64,000 nt of DNA from the human T2T-CHM13v2.0 reference genome, Homo sapiens. Location: NCBI RefSeq assembly GCF_009914755.1, contig NC_060936.1. The stretch is one strand, 5' to 3'. The translations under genes and the position numbers were made by a program. The notes beneath the pieces are model-generated. The model worked only from the letters and a program-made list of their open reading frames with translations. It ran no database searches and was not told the origin of the DNA. Below are positions 13,740 to 29,894 of the stretch, piece after piece. Each line of letters opens with the position of its first letter. The first letter of the stretch is position 1.

Positions 13740-14294
13740 ATATATTTATCATCTATTGCTGTGCAGCAAATTATCCCCATAATTTTTCAGTTTAAAACAA
13801 CAAACATTTATTATCTCACAGTTTCTATGGGTCAGAAAACTGGGCATGGCTTAGAGTTTCTGCAAAGACTGTAATCAATGTGTCTACCTAGGCTGTGGTC
13901 ATCTCAAGGCTCAACTACGGAAGGATCCACTTCCAGGCTCACTCATGTAACTGTTGGCAGACTTCAGTCCTTGCTGGATGTTGTCTGGAGACATCAGTTC
14001 TCTGCCATGTATGTCTCTCCTTAGCCACAACCAGCTGGCAGCTGGCTTTCCCCAGAACAAATGTTGAGAAAGAAAGAGAAAGAGAGAGAAAGAGAGAGAG
14101 AGAGAACAAATCAGAAGTCACGATCTTTTCGTAACCTAATCTCAGAAGTGAAAAATTTATCACTTCTGCTGTATTCTATTTGTTAGAAGTGAGTCATTAT
14201 ATCCAGCCTACTCCTGAGAGAAGGGGATTAAACAAGGATATGAATCCCAGGATGTGGTGGTCACTTGAGCCCATCTTAGAGGCTATCTTCCACA
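13740..14294 (-). mobile_element. MLT1F-like MaLR LTR
   Basis: tctattgctgtg...aaacaacaaacatttattatctcacagtttctatgggtcag...ccatcttagaggctatcttccaca; internal (GA)n. Confidence 0.85.
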
Positions 14295-14459
14295 CATAGC
14301 AAGGAGTGGGTAAAAGGTATAGTTATTAAATGTGTTATCCTTACAAGACAGTCCTTATAATTCTGAAAGATCATACATCTAATGGACTGAAACTGTGACC
14401 TGAACAAGTAAATGATGTCTAAGAGAAACACTCATTTGTTTGTTTATTAAACACTGGGG

Positions 14460-14774
<315 letters not shown>

Positions 14775-14857
14775 TTTATCCCCAATTTTATGTCAGACAC
14801 TGTGTGGCGAATTAGGGATGCTAAGAATTTTTTAAGTGAACTTTTGAAAAATGAGTT

Positions 14858-15408
<551 letters not shown>

Positions 15409-15768
15409 TAAGTCATAGAGAAGGACTAAACCAATGGGACTTACATGCTTTTTAGATGCTTGTGGTTTTATTAAATTAAGGCGTTAATATTAGGACACTC
15501 TTTAAATGAAGACAAATTATCATCTCTGAAGTTTCTATATTACTAACATAGATTTTCACTGACTCATTTTTCCCAACTGCCTTGTTCCCTGTACTGATAT
15601 TTCATTTAAACTTTAAGACATCATCTGACAGAAAAACTGAGTTAGACATAACCTATGTTAGACAACTTCAGAGAGGGAAACAAATGCATTCTTCTGGAAA
15701 CACAAACACAACTTGCCCCCAAACCATCCAAGCTTCCATTCTCTTCTTTTGCTTGTCTATTGAGGCTG

Positions 15769-16087
15769 GTTTTTGTTGTTGTTGTTGTTGTTGTTGTTTT
15801 GGTTTGGTTTTGACACAGAATTTTGCTCTGCTGCCCAGACTGGAGTGCAGTGGCATGATCATAGCTCACTGTAACGCGTGTACTCAAGCAATTCTTCTGC
15901 CTCAGTCTTCCAAGTAGCTGGGACTACAAGTGTGTGCCACCATGCCCGGTTAATTATTTTTTTTTTTTTTAGAGATAGGGTCTTGCTATGTTGCCCAGGC
16001 TGGTCTCAAACTCCTATACTCAGGCAATACTTCTCTCTCAGTCTCCCAAAGTGCTGGGATTACAGGCATGAGCCATTATATCTGGCC
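15769..16087 (-). mobile_element. AluJ SINE with (GTT)n tail
   Basis: gatcatagctcactg; TSD-like aggctggtttt / aggctgatgttt. Confidence 0.92.
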
Positions 16088-17703
16088 AGGCTGATGTTTA
16101 TTTGTTGTTTCATTTTGCTTCCCTTCCACCAAAAAGCAACGTGTACATTGCGTGCATGTATCAAATTCAACAATGCCACTTTCCCCTCCTAGAAAAATAA
16201 AATAACCCTAACCCTATTCATGCCTGGGAATAGAATGTACTTCAAGAGGCAAATACAAGAATGTCATATGATATAAATAGACTCCATCAGTTCAAGGAGA
16301 GGGTGTTAAAACTGAAACATTGACAGGTAATTATCAAAAGTACCTTAGAAAAGCAAGTTTCTGTGGACGATAGCTGCAATTTATTATTATTATTGTTGCT
16401 AGCCTCCCTGATGTTCTCCATTTATGATTCGAGTAATCTTGTCTCTTTTGATGAATCTACCTTTTGTTTTTCATTAAGATGTCAACGCTCTAGACAAAAG
16501 CCCTGCTGAGTACAACAAAACCGAAAACCTGACAGAGGAAAAACCTTTATATCTTTATATCTACAAGCCCAAACACAATTGTCCCTGCAGGATGAAAATG
16601 CATATGTAAGAAAACATAGGTACACATAGACACACGCATGCACACACACACATAAATTATTCTTGACAGCCCTGGAAATTATGTTAGAAATCTTTTAGCC
16701 AGGTTAAAGTGGAATATGTCAAGAGTTGGCAGTTCTAGATCACAGAGAATGAAACCAGCAACCTTCTGTTCCTACTGACATCTTTTTGTCTATTTTGTGG
16801 GGATCCTGCTGAATCCCTAGACAGATCTGAAAGGAGAAAAAAAAATCTTTCTCCTTCAAAAATTTTCAAACCCCTCTAGAGATTCTAAGCTACACATGGT
16901 GTGCCTCCAGCATTGTTTATTCCTAGGCAGTCTGCTCCAAAGCTTGGGCAGCTACCTTTCAGAATTGTCTCAGCCCCTGTGTGGTAAAGGGATGGGCGAA
17001 GCATTCATCAGTCAGAGTCTATAGAGGTATGAGATAGACACACTGTATGAGCAACCAGCCCCAGCACTGGGTGTTTACGTAAGCATTTCCATAGGTTGTT
17101 CTTCAGAATCAACCCACTCCTTCTGAGATGTGTGGGGTTTTATCAGCCTAATATCCCAAGCCAGTGACAAAATCTTGGAGACTTGTCAAGACTAATAACT
17201 TTTCACCATCATACTCTCAACAGGGAATGGGAAATGGAATTTTCCCAGTGCTCAAGGCTGAATGTCTGTAGAAAATTAAAAAATAATAACAATTCAAAAA
17301 AACACTTAAAGTTTGAAGAAAAGATCAATGTAAATTAAACTCCCTCCATTCCCAACATTGAAAAAGTTTATTCTATGTGTCCCAGGGGAAAAAAAAAGAA
17401 ACTTTTGGAAGAAAAGCTCAAATTTAAAAATATATCCTGAGCATTGATTTTCAGATAATTAGAAAAAGCTATTTTCTAAGTATCTCAAATCAAAAGTATG
17501 TGTATTCTGTATTAAGGTTTTGCTACCAAGACATAAATAGCCATGGAATATGAAATATGCTGTCCATATTACTTGACATTTGAAACCTGGCTAGTCCTAA
17601 GAGAAAATGTAAGAGCAAAAATAATTGTTTAAAAGAAGTTGTTTTCCCCTTTTGCAACCTCAACTCCCATTGCCTATGTACTCATTCAAGAAAAGAAAAT
17701 ATT

Positions 17704-17875
17704 GGCTGGGAACAGTGGTCCATGCTTATAATCCCAGCAACTCTGCAGGCTGCAGCAGGAAGACCCCATAAGCCCAGGAGTTCGAGGCTGTAGTGTGCTA
17801 TAATCATGCCTGTGACTAGCCACTGCACTCCAGCCTGAGCAATATAGAGACTTTTGCCTCTTAAAAAAAAGAAAA
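17704..17875 (+). mobile_element. FAM (fossil Alu monomer)
   Basis: Single monomer retaining the 7SL-like segment cctgtgactagccactgcactccagcc; A tail. Confidence 0.75.
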
Positions 17876-17949
17876 CGTACTTTAAAACAAAGAGCAAAAC
17901 TAGAAATTGCATCTATTGTAATATTCCAGCTTTGTTTCTTCAAATGCTA

Positions 17950-18430
17950 TTCATTCATGTATTCGTTAATTCACTCAACAAGCATTCATAGAGTTCTTTT
18001 TTGACTAAACACTGTAATAAGAAATAATGGATAAGTTACACATAGCCGCTACTCAGAGGAGCTCACTTCTCAGTAAGAGTGGCACACATATAAACAAATA
18101 ATTATGTTCTAAGTGCTACATAAGAACTACAGACGCAGCATTATTGGAGCCCAAAATGCTGAGTGGCTAACACCAGCAGACTTGAAACCGTCTTTATAGA
18201 GGAGGTGATATTTTAGCTGAGTCTTAAAATACAAGTAAGGGTTGGCTAGGTAGGCAAGGTGGAAGAAAGCTTCACACATCTTAGACATGATGAGGGGATG
18301 GAGAAGGAGGTAGTAGAAGATAAGGAAAAGTAGGGGCCAGCCTTTAACTGACGAATTCTTCGTGCTAAGATGTTTGAACTTTACTCCACATGCAACAGAA
18401 AGCCATCAAGGATTCTTAAGGAGGAAAGAT
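17950..18430 (-). mobile_element. L2 LINE fragment
   Basis: attcattcatgtattcgtt...gaggaggtgatattttagctgagtctt. Confidence 0.7.
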
Positions 18431-18600
18431 TTGATTTTTATTCAAATAATTCAGGTGGTATCACAGAGCAAAGATGAGAAGGTCCAGCTATAATCAGTAT
18501 TTCACATGGCTACCCAGAATGCCCCCAACCTAGACCAACCATAATTGCTGCACAAGCTGGATCCTGTCCATTACTACATCTCCCCTTTTTATAATCTTTT

Positions 18601-18666
18601 CCCTATTTGCCTTTATTTATTCCTGCTAATCATCACCCTATTTGCCTTTATTTATTCCTGCTAATC
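18601..18666 (+). repeat. tandem duplication, period 35
   Basis: ccctatttgcctttatttattcctgctaatc at 18601-18631 and 18636-18666, identical. Confidence 0.95.
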
Positions 18667-18669
18667 GTC

Positions 18670-19790
18670 TATTCATTCATTCAACCATTTCATCATTCAA
18701 CAAATATTTATTGAGCCTTTACTAAATGTAAGTAGGGGCTGGCAATCCAGTGGCACACAGCAGCCAGATGATCCTTTTGAAACATGAATATAATCACATT
18801 ATTTCCTTTCAATAGCTTCTAATCCTATTTAAAATAAAACCATGGAGGACAGTGTCTGGACTTTGGAAAAGCTGATAGTCTAGCAGGACAAACATTTGTT
18901 TAAATACAATTGCAAGGCTGTGTAATGAACAAGAGGATGGCAAGCTATGGAAGGGAGGTGGTTACAGAGGCTTCCCTAAGGAAGTGATGGTTAGCCTGTG
19001 ACCTTAAGGATGAGTAAAATTGAACCAAAATGCATGTGTCGGAAGTAGTAGGGGAAGAGGCAGACATTGCCCAGCAAGCGGGAAATAACCAGAGGCAGGA
19101 GAAAACATGGCAACTTGGAGGAAGTGAAATTGTCTTGCATGCCTGAAGAGTCAGACAAGCTAGAGAGATGGGCTGGAGTTTGAGCCTGCAGGGCTGTGTT
19201 GGCCATGTGCATTAGCCAAGTAGGCCGGGTTGTGCTGCAGGAATGAAACTTAAAGTTTGCTAGCTCAACAAACACAAGTTTATTTCTCTGTCAAATAAAT
19301 TCCAATGCAGTTCAGGTGATATTCCAGGGCGGTTCTCCATGATGTAACTGAGACACCCAGGATCCCACTATGTTTTGATATTGCCATCTCAACATGTGGC
19401 TTTCAAGATCCCCACAGCAGGTAAAGACAGGGTGTGGAAGTGGCACACCACCTCTTACATGTGTAGGTCCAAAAGTAACACATTCATTTCATCCCCTCCT
19501 TGCCAGAAATAGCTGCAAAGTCCCAGCTAACTACAAGAAAGGCTGGAAAATGTAGAGAGCATGTGGGGCCATTCAGAAATTGCCAATGTTTCTGCTAAGG
19601 CATGCAGGTCTTAGGCTATATCCTAGGTAATGAAGAACCACAAGCAGAAGACTAGCCAGGATCAAGTTCATGTTGTAGAGATTACCCCAGCTATACTGTG
19701 GAGAATGAAACAGCTGGACAAAGAGAAACCAGTTAGGAGGTTTTCCAAGATTCAAGTAAGAAAAGATGGTGGCTTAGAATATGAAGGTGT
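18670..19790 (-). mobile_element. L2 LINE, interrupted by a templated insert and an MLT1 LTR
   Basis: attcattcattc...caaatatttattgagcc; ggcttccctaaggaagtga; gagaaaccagttaggagg. Confidence 0.7.
19208..19570 (-). mobile_element. MLT1J-like MaLR LTR
   Basis: attagccaagtaggccgggttgtgctgcagg...aacacaagtttatttctct...ctaactacaagaaaggctggaaaatgtag. Confidence 0.6.
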
Positions 19791-20079
19791 CAGCATACCT
19801 GCTTAATGAACACCTTAATGCAGATATTTTTATTAAAAACCCTAACAAGGAAATAGTATAAATTGATACTTATAACAAAGGAGGATTTAAAGAATAATAA
19901 CAATCACAGAATGTGTAAACTATTGTCTGAATCTACCCAGTAGTTTAACAGAGTATAAATAGCTGAATTCTCCTCCCATTGGTTAAGAAGGAAGGGGTAC
20001 TGAAGAGCAATGGTTGTTGGGATCTGGGTCTATGGAATGGTGAAACAGAATAAAAAACACCCAGTGATATCTGACGGAG

Positions 20080-20619
20080 CAGCGGTCACCAACATTTTTG
20101 GCACCAGGGACCTGTTTTATGGAAGAGAATTTTTCCATGGACTGGGGAAGGGTTGGGGGGATGGTTTGGGGATGATTCGAGCACAGTATATTTATTGTGC
20201 ACTTTATGTCTATTATTATTATGTTGTAATATATAATGAAATATCAATAATTAAGCAACTCACCATAATGTAGAATCAGTGGGAGCCCTGAGCTTGTTTT
20301 CCTGCAACTAGATGGTCCCATCTGAGGGTGATAGGAGATAGGGACAGATCATCAGGCATTAGATTCTCATAAGAAAGTGTTCAACCGAGATCCCTCACAT
20401 GCACAGTTCACAGTAGTGCTCACACTTCTGTGAGAATCTAATGCTGCCACTGACCTGACAGGAGGCAGATCTCAGGCAGTAACGTGAGCAATGAGGAGCA
20501 GCTGTAAATACAGATGAAGCATCACTCACTCACCTGCCATTCACCTCCTGCTGTGTAGCCCAGTTTCTAACAGGCCACAGACCAGTAACTGTCCATGGCC
20601 TGGGGGTTGGGGACCCCTG
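20080..20619. mobile_element. MER1A hAT-Charlie DNA transposon, full length
   Basis: TIRs cagcggtcaccaac / gttggggacccctg; 8-bp TSD tgacggag 20072-20079 / tgatggag 20620-20627. Confidence 0.92.
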
Positions 20620-20718
20620 TGATGGAGTATCTTGAAGCCAAGGCTAAAGCTGAGATAAAAGGAGTATGCAGAGCTGATACTCAGATAAGAACCTGAGTAA
20701 CAAATCAGAAAAAGGATA

Positions 20719-21010
20719 GGCTGGGTACTGTGGCTCACACAGTACTTTAGGAGGCCCAGGCAGGAGGATTGCTTGAGCCCAGAAGTTTGAGACCAGCTTT
20801 GGCAATGTAGTGAGACCCAGTCTCTACAAAAAATTTAAAAATTAGCTGCATGTGGTAGCGTAGACCTGTAGTCCCAGCTACTCAGGAGGCTGAAGTGGGA
20901 GGGTCACTTGAGCCCAAGGAAGTTGAGACTGCAGTGAGCCAAGATTGCACCACTGCACTTCAGCCGGGCCAACAAAGGGAGACCCTGTCTCAAAAATATA
21001 TATATATATT
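20719..21010 (+). mobile_element. AluJ SINE with (TA)n tail
   Basis: TSD agaaaaaggata on both sides. Confidence 0.93.
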
Positions 21011-21249
21011 TAAGAAAGAAAAAGGATAAACAATTTTCTAGAACCAGGCAGCTGAGTCAGAAACTAGAGTATGAAACCAGAGAACAGAGGGATGGGCAAA
21101 TAAGCACAGGAAAGTGGGTGAGGTCACAAAGTGGATATTCTGAATTGTTTTTACAGGCTTTCAATAACCCAGAGACTTGTAGGTACAACTGCAAAAGAGA
21201 TAAGTTGGCAGTAAACATGTTTCTGCAGTCATTTAGCCATTAATCATCC

Positions 21250-22490
<1,241 letters not shown>

Positions 22491-24090
22491 AATTCCTCCC
22501 TCTTTCTCACGTCTGTAATCTCTTCCTCTTCACTGTCTTCTTATTCACCCCCTCCCACCACCCAGCCTAAAACTTTGTTGAAATCTCTTACATCATTCAA
22601 AAATAAAAATTTTCTTTAATCATCTCTAAATTCTCTCCATCCTTTCTTCTCCCTTGTTTATATAAACTTTTCAAAAGCATACTCTACAATTAGAGTATGT
22701 TCTTCTCTAGCTTCTGACCCTCCACCCTGGGGAAACTGTTCCAGTTGAGGAAACAAAAGTCCTCTTAAATGCCAAATCAAATGGCCATTTTCAGCCCTTG
22801 CATTACTGTACCCCACTGTTGTATCAGATGGTGTCTCTTCTTCCTCCTATCTTGACCCCTTACCATTTCTTCTTCCTATTTGTACCTCTCTGACTATTCC
22901 CTCTCTGTTCTCTTCTTAAGGCAACAACCTTGACTTCGTCATACAATTTTCATGATTCCCCTTTCAGTCCTCTACCATTTATTCATTGTCCTATGGCTCG
23001 GGTCACTTTGAATCCATGGTTCATGGCCCTTCTGTCTTTACTCTCTCTTCCTACCTGATTTCATCCTCTCTTAGGACTTCAAATGTCCCCTAAAATCAGA
23101 TTTTTTAAAAAGCTCTACCTCCAGTCTAGAACTCTTGCCCAAATCTGTATATACTCAGATATCCCATAATCACTTCAAACTCAGCATGTCCAACTCCGTA
23201 AAGTCTGAGTTAGTACCCCCATTTTATAATAAGAAAACTGAGACTTAGCAGTTAGACATTTCACCTAAGAGCACTTAACTGGGGAATGGTAAAGCTGGAA
23301 TTTAAATACAATTCTCCCAGTCACCAAAGCCCATTTTGTTCCACCATGTTACCATGTCTTTGTGTTACAAGAGTAGAAAGTTGACAATAGCCAAAATATC
23401 TTTCTAGAGAGTAGTTACATGTATGATGAAATGCCAAAAGATGAAATTTTACACTGCTAATAGAAAGGATAATTTTGATGTATGTTTAATAGGAAAAATG
23501 CTCATGACATATATTGAAATTTTTTAAGTGAGACATAAAACTATGTATATTAAAATCCTAATCTGGTTCTTATGATTAGAATAAAGTCTGGAAAGAAAAC
23601 AAAAAACACTTAATGTTATCATTATGTGATATCATAATTATAGTTTAAATAATTGCCTTTTTCCCTCTACCAGCTCATTTCTGCTCTCTACTAATGCCCC
23701 CAATTTCCTTTTAGAGAATCACTTCTTCCTCACTTATGGATCTTGATGATAATAATTGAGGTTCTTTGCTCCCCGTAAGGGAAGTTGAAAAGGATCTCTG
23801 GCAGTTCCTTAGCCAGATCTTTTTGCTTATTAGTGCAGTATAAGCCAAAGAGCTTGCTGCATCCTAACATGAGCTAATAAGACTTTTTAGCTGAGCTACA
23901 CTGGGACACACACACAAAAATGATATATTTCATTCAATTCTATTGCACCTGAACTAGGCAGTCAAGTTTTTACTACATTGATGCCTAGAGCTGCCCTTCT
24001 TTTTGTCCTATTTCTAAACTGACTCTCCGGTCTCCTGCTCGTTCTGGATGGGAAACACTCTTACATCCTTTTAATATATTTTCTTTTTTG

Positions 24091-24390
24091 AGCTGGACAC
24101 AGTGGCTCATGTCTGTAATCCTAACACTTTGGGAGGCTGAGGTGGGAGAATTGCTTGAGGCCAGGAGTTTGAGAACAGCCTGGTCAACATAGCGAGACTC
24201 CATCTCTACGAAAAAGATTTTTTTTTTTTAAATTAGCCGGGTGTGGTGGTACACACCTGTAGTCAGTCCTAGCTATTCATGAGGCAGAGATGGGAGGATA
24301 GCTTGTGACCAGGAGTTAAAGGTTATAGGGAGCTGTGACTGTGCCACTGCACTGGGTGACAGAGCAAGACCATTTATCTAAAAAGTAAAT
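24091..24390 (+). mobile_element. AluJ SINE
   Basis: agctggacacagtggctcatgtctgtaatcc...gacagagcaagacc. Confidence 0.9.
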
Positions 24391-25559
24391 ACATGAATTT
24401 TCTTTTTTGACTAAATTAGCTCTTAATTGGTTTCTGTTACTTATAGCCAAAGAACTCTGACTGATAGATGTCTTTATTTTCTATCTTTCTACATTAAACG
24501 TGTTTTGTCTTTATATTCAAAATAAATAAGGAAATGAAAAATTAAAGATCCAGTCCTAAAATAGTAAAATATATGGTCAGAAATGCATGTGACTATAAGA
24601 AACCTGGATTAGATGTGTAGCTTAATCTCTACTAATCCATGACTGTTTCTGGTAAGTCACCCCACTCTGTGTTGTCATTCCATACTAACAGCAGATCAAT
24701 GGCATTACCTTCATATACAGACAGGAAATATTTTGATCTGTGTTTCTAATAAGTTTGTGGCCAACAAGACCCTATCAAAGCAAGGCGTGGCTTATACTGG
24801 AAAATAAATGCATTCATTTGGTCAAGTGATCCATTTGTTGAATGCTTTCTTCACTCCATTCAGTGGGTATACAAAAATAAATGGTACCCAGTTTCTGTTC
24901 CTGAGAAATTCCTCACCATATTTTGAAGCAAATGCACAGCAGATAAATTGCAAAAAGATGTGGTAAGTGCTATTACAGAGATATGAACATAAAGCAGAAA
25001 GGAAAGAACCGTCAGTTTAAAGATTCTAAATACAAGAAAGAAAATAACAAAAGCCTCAGCATTAACTGTTTTAACTAAAAAGTATGTTATAGCCAACAGT
25101 GAATATATGCTTATTTGCAAAAAGGAAGATCAAGCTGATGAGAAAGCATGCGAAGTTTGCTATTATCCTTTCAGTGGCAAAAGCATATTAAAGGCTATGA
25201 TTTTCATTTCTTTTAAAAAGTGCATCTAATAAGTTAAAGATAAAACTTTAATTTTTAGTATTAAATCCCTTTAAAACATTGTAATGACCTTGCCATCAAC
25301 CTATTTTAATAAAAGAAATTCACCATCAGCATCCCCTCCTACTCAACTTATTTAGTATTTATTTATTTCCAAAATCCAATCCCCATTTTCTCAGTACCCA
25401 GAGTACTGAAGTAATGAAGTCCCACTGAAGGACCCACCTAGATTCTGTCTCTTCACCAAGTGTAGGGTAAAATGGGTGGAGTTCTCCTAAACGTATCTTT
25501 ACATCATTCTACGCCTATTATGGGTTTCTTTCTCACAAGACATGATCTGATACCTGCCT

Positions 25560-25640
25560 ACACCAGAATATTGACAGAGGCGGTGACTCACTCTGCCACC
25601 ACTTCCAGGTAACATGTTTACATTTAGACTGAAGCCTTCT
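25560..25640. promoter_or_regulatory. AP-1/ETS/FOX motif cluster (candidate enhancer)
   Basis: TGACTCA 25584-25590, ACTTCC 25601-25606 and TGTTTAC 25615-25621 in unique DNA. Confidence 0.3.
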
Positions 25641-26087
25641 ACAGAAAATATCTTAACTGAAAGAAAGAATAATGACCCTGTTCGTGGAAGTTTTGAATAT
25701 GATAGACCAAAAACAAAATAAAACATCAAAAAATCTAGACCCAGAGAGTCTAACTCAGTAATTCTGATGAGAGGTCTTAGAAAAATAAATCCATCTGTAT
25801 AAAAATTTTTAATATTCTCCTTTCTTAGAAGATACTAATATTGGGAAAGAAGTTTGGATATTTAAGGAATGATTAAATAAATAAACATTTCATCTTACCC
25901 CGAAATAGCCAAATAAGCTCCAAGCAAAAATCTAGCCCAGGAACATACACACAGAGATGCTTCCGGGACAGGCCACATGTGAAGCTGTTTATGTCTTATG
26001 ACCTCTACTTTCCCTGTCTCTGCCCTTCCAGGGTCAACTCCAATCCTCACAGGAGCAATTTAGAAATAATGACAGAGGATGAACTTT

Positions 26088-27676
26088 TTTTTTTCTGAAC
26101 TAGTTTTTTTTGTTGTTGTTTATTTCTTAAAAAAAAAAGGGATACATGTGCAGAACTTGCAAGTTTGTTACACAGGTATACATGTGCCATAGTGGTTTGC
26201 TGCACCTATTGACCCGTCCTCTAAGTTCCCGCCCCTCATCCTTCATCCCTCAACAGACCCTGGTGTGTGTTGTTCCTTTCTCTGTGTCCATGTGTTCTCA
26301 TCATTCAGCTCCCACTTATGAGTGAGAACATGCAGTATTTGGTTTTCTGTTCCTGTGTTGGTTTGCTGAGGTTGACGGCTTCCAGCTTCATCCATGTCCT
26401 GCAAAGAACATGATCTCATTCCTTTTTATGGCTGCATAGTATTCCATGGTGTACATGAACCACATTTTCTTTATCCAGTCTGTCATTGATGGGCATTTTG
26501 GTGGGTTCCATGTCTTTGCTATTTTAAATAGTGCTGCAATAAACATATGTGTGCATGTGTCTTTACAGTAGAATGATTTATATTCTTTTGGGTATAAACC
26601 CAGTAATGGGATTGCTGGGTCAAATGGTATTTCTGGTTCTAGATCCTTGAGAAATCGCCATACTGTCTTCCACAATGGTTGAATTAATTTACATTCCCAC
26701 AAACAGTGTAAAGTGTTCCTATTTCTCCACAGCCTTGCCAACATCTATTGTTTCCTGACTTCTTAAAAATCACCATTCTAACTTGCAATCAGATGGTGTC
26801 TCATTGTGGTTTTGATTTGGATTTCAAAATGATCAGTGATGTCGAGCTTTTTCTCATATGTTTGTTGGCCGTGTAAATGTCTTCTTATGAGAAGTGTCTG
26901 TTAATATCCTTTGCCCACTTTTACATGGGGTGGCTGGCCATATTACCTGAAGTAATTTATAGATTCAATGCTATTCTCATCAAACTACCACTGACATTCT
27001 TCACAGAATTAGAAAAAAACTATTTTAAATTTCATATGGAATTAGAGAAGATCCCACATAGCCAAGACAATCCTAAGCAAAAAAACAAAGCTGGAGGCAT
27101 CATGCTACCTTACTTCAAACTATACTACAAGGCTACAGTAACCAAAACAGCATGGTACTGGTACCAAAACAGACATATAGACCAATGGAGCAGAACAGAG
27201 ACCTCAGAAATAACACCAAACATCTGCAACCATCTGATCTTCAACAAACCTGACAAAAACAAGCAATGGGGAAATGGTCTCCTATTCAGTAAATAGTGCT
27301 GGGAAAACTGGCTAGTCACATGCAAAAAATTGAAACTGGACCCCTTCCTTATACCTTACACAAAAATTAATTCAAGATGGATTAAAGATTGGATGTAAAA
27401 CCCAAAACTATAAAAACTCTAGAAGAAAACCTAGGCAATACCATTCAGGACATAGGCATGGGCAAAGACTTCATGACAAGAACGCCAAAAGCAATTGCAA
27501 CGAAAGCCAAAACTGAAAAACGGGATCTAATTAAACTAAAGAGCTTCTGCACAGCAAAAGAAATTATCATCAGAGTGAACGGGCAACCTACAGAATGGGA
27601 GGAAATTTTTGCAATCTATCCATCTGACAAAGGGCTAATATCCAGAATTTATAAGGAACTTAAACATATTTACAAG
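26088..27676 (-). mobile_element. 5'-inverted L1PA8-like retrotransposon inserted into a MIR
   Basis: Minus-strand 3' part 26088-~26933 (ORF2 C-terminus WECKLIQPLWKTVWRFLKDL) joined to a plus-strand ORF2 part ~26934-27676 ([21 protein letters not shown]). TSD agaggatgaacttt 26074-26087 / agaggatgagcttt 27675-27688. Confidence 0.95.
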
Positions 27677-27684
27677 AGGATGAG

Positions 27685-27895
27685 CTTTGGAATCAAACAG
27701 ACCTGCGTTAATAAGTAGACTCTGACACTTATTAATAATATGATCTTGAGCAAGTTACTAAATCTCTCTGAACCTTAGTCTTTTCATCTGGAAAATGAAA
27801 AATTAATTTATTTCTTGCAGGTCTCTATGAAATTTAAGTGATTCTATATAAGCACCTCATCTGACACATAGAATATGTTCAATTCAGTGGCTATT
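27685..27895 (+). mobile_element. MIR SINE (host of the L1)
   Basis: ctttggaatcaaacagacctg...tgatcttgagcaagttactaaatctctctgaacc. Confidence 0.8.
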
Positions 27896-28496
27896 AGTAC
27901 ACAAGGAGTCATGCTTTTGCTGGCAGTAACAATACACCCAACCTTGCCCTTCCCTAAAAATGACATACAGTTCAAAAAGATTCCTTCTTTTCCTTTCCAA
28001 ATCCCATAAATAACAAACAATCAAACATGTCTATGCCTTATTTGATAATGTCTGTAAACCAGCCAATCCAAACCTGAAAATGCCAGCTGATGGCTTTGCA
28101 TTACAAAGTACCTCTGCTGAAATGAAGATGCTTGGAGAGCTGAGACTTGAATTTAAAAGAGTGTCAGTTGTGTCCCACTGTTCTATCACGTGAGGTATTC
28201 CAGAATAACTGGTGTCTACAGAATTATTCATACAAGGTGTCAGTGGGCTCATAGGCTTCAAAGGAAGGTCAAAAAGAACTGGCCTCCAGTCTCAGCACAT
28301 GAACCCTTGGCCACTCTGTGTGGGCCCAGGAGAGTGGAGGTATAGGTGTGTGAGAGAGCCTAAGGAGGATTATCATTTCCTGTTTCTATATTCATACTGT
28401 GTTCAGGCAGGAACTCTAAGTACATTTCTTACCCATCAGCATTTTCAGAATTAGAAAATGAGAGGGCTGAGAAGGAAGTTAGAAACCATCAGTGTA

Positions 28497-28931
<435 letters not shown>

Positions 28932-29002
28932 AGCCAACCCAAATGTTCCCATTTCAAAGTGAGGGCATTAAAGCCTGAAGAAAATGAATGGTTTGTATAA
29001 AG

Positions 29003-29199
29003 CAGTATCTTAACCTCAGTGCTATTGATAGTTTGGTGGTGTATAACCCTTCAAGGTGGGGAGCCGTCCTGTGTACTGTAGGATGTTTAGCAGCATCCCT
29101 GGCTTCTACCAAGTGGATGACACTAGCAGCCCTTCTGGTGTGACAACCTAGTGTTTTCAGAAATGGCCAAGGCAAAATCGCCCCGGGTGAGAATCACTG
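29003..29199. mobile_element. MER20 DNA transposon
   Basis: gtcctgtgtactgtaggatgtttagcagcatccctggc...ggcaaaatcgccccgggtgagaatcactg. Confidence 0.88.
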
Positions 29200-29894
29200 T
29201 CTAAAGTCACAGGGATCATCAGGAGTGGAGACAGACCAGCGTACAGTGTCCTGATTCACAGCTCAGCCATATCCCTGCATCTGCTGGCTCCTCTTCTCTT
29301 GCAGTGGGAAGCAAAATGAGAGGGAGGGGGTCCCAGGCCATAAAGGTCACTGGGTGAGAACATGGAAGTCAGAGCAAGTAACAGTGCTGCTTTTTGTGGG
29401 GGGGGGGCGACCTGGAACATTCCACCTGGCTTTTTCGATGACTTGTGCTTTTAGTCATGCCTACTTCTATTTGTTCCCCTGTTTAAACCTTGATCTTCCA
29501 GGAGAACTGGCAGGATTTGAATTGCCAACATCTTGGAAATCCATGCAGAAAGACGCCATATAAAATGTCTTTTAAACTGAGATTGAGTTAAAGGTTCTGC
29601 TGTGTAGAAACCAAGAGTGTCATATTCTAAATTTAGTGCCATGCCGGAAGAGGAGGGTAGTGAAGAGCAATGCAAAAGGAATCAGGAAATGTGGTTTCTG
29701 GTCCCAGCTCTTTCCAAACTTTAGCAAATCATTTCAGCTTTCTGGTCTACAGCAGTTTCTCATCAAATGGAGGGATTAAAGTAGGCCCCTGTATCTGTGC
29801 CTGGAATCATTCTGTGTCCTCCACCCAAGAGGCACTTAACACTGTCATCAAAAATCCAAACTCTACCTTTCTTCCAAAATCTAACTCTGGTTGT

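Noticed and set aside
15642-15917. Poly-Q, poly-T and poly-C peptides
   Set aside because: They come from the (GTT)n Alu tail, not a coding triplet repeat.
18601-18666. ~31-36-bp direct repeats (also 35717-35789) resembling CRISPR repeat length
   Set aside because: Only two units, no spacers, human DNA, no cas genes.
26388-27718. ORFs with clear L1 ORF2 peptide similarity (also 820-1424)
   Set aside because: Broken by stops and frameshifts in truncated, inverted L1 relics; not functional genes.
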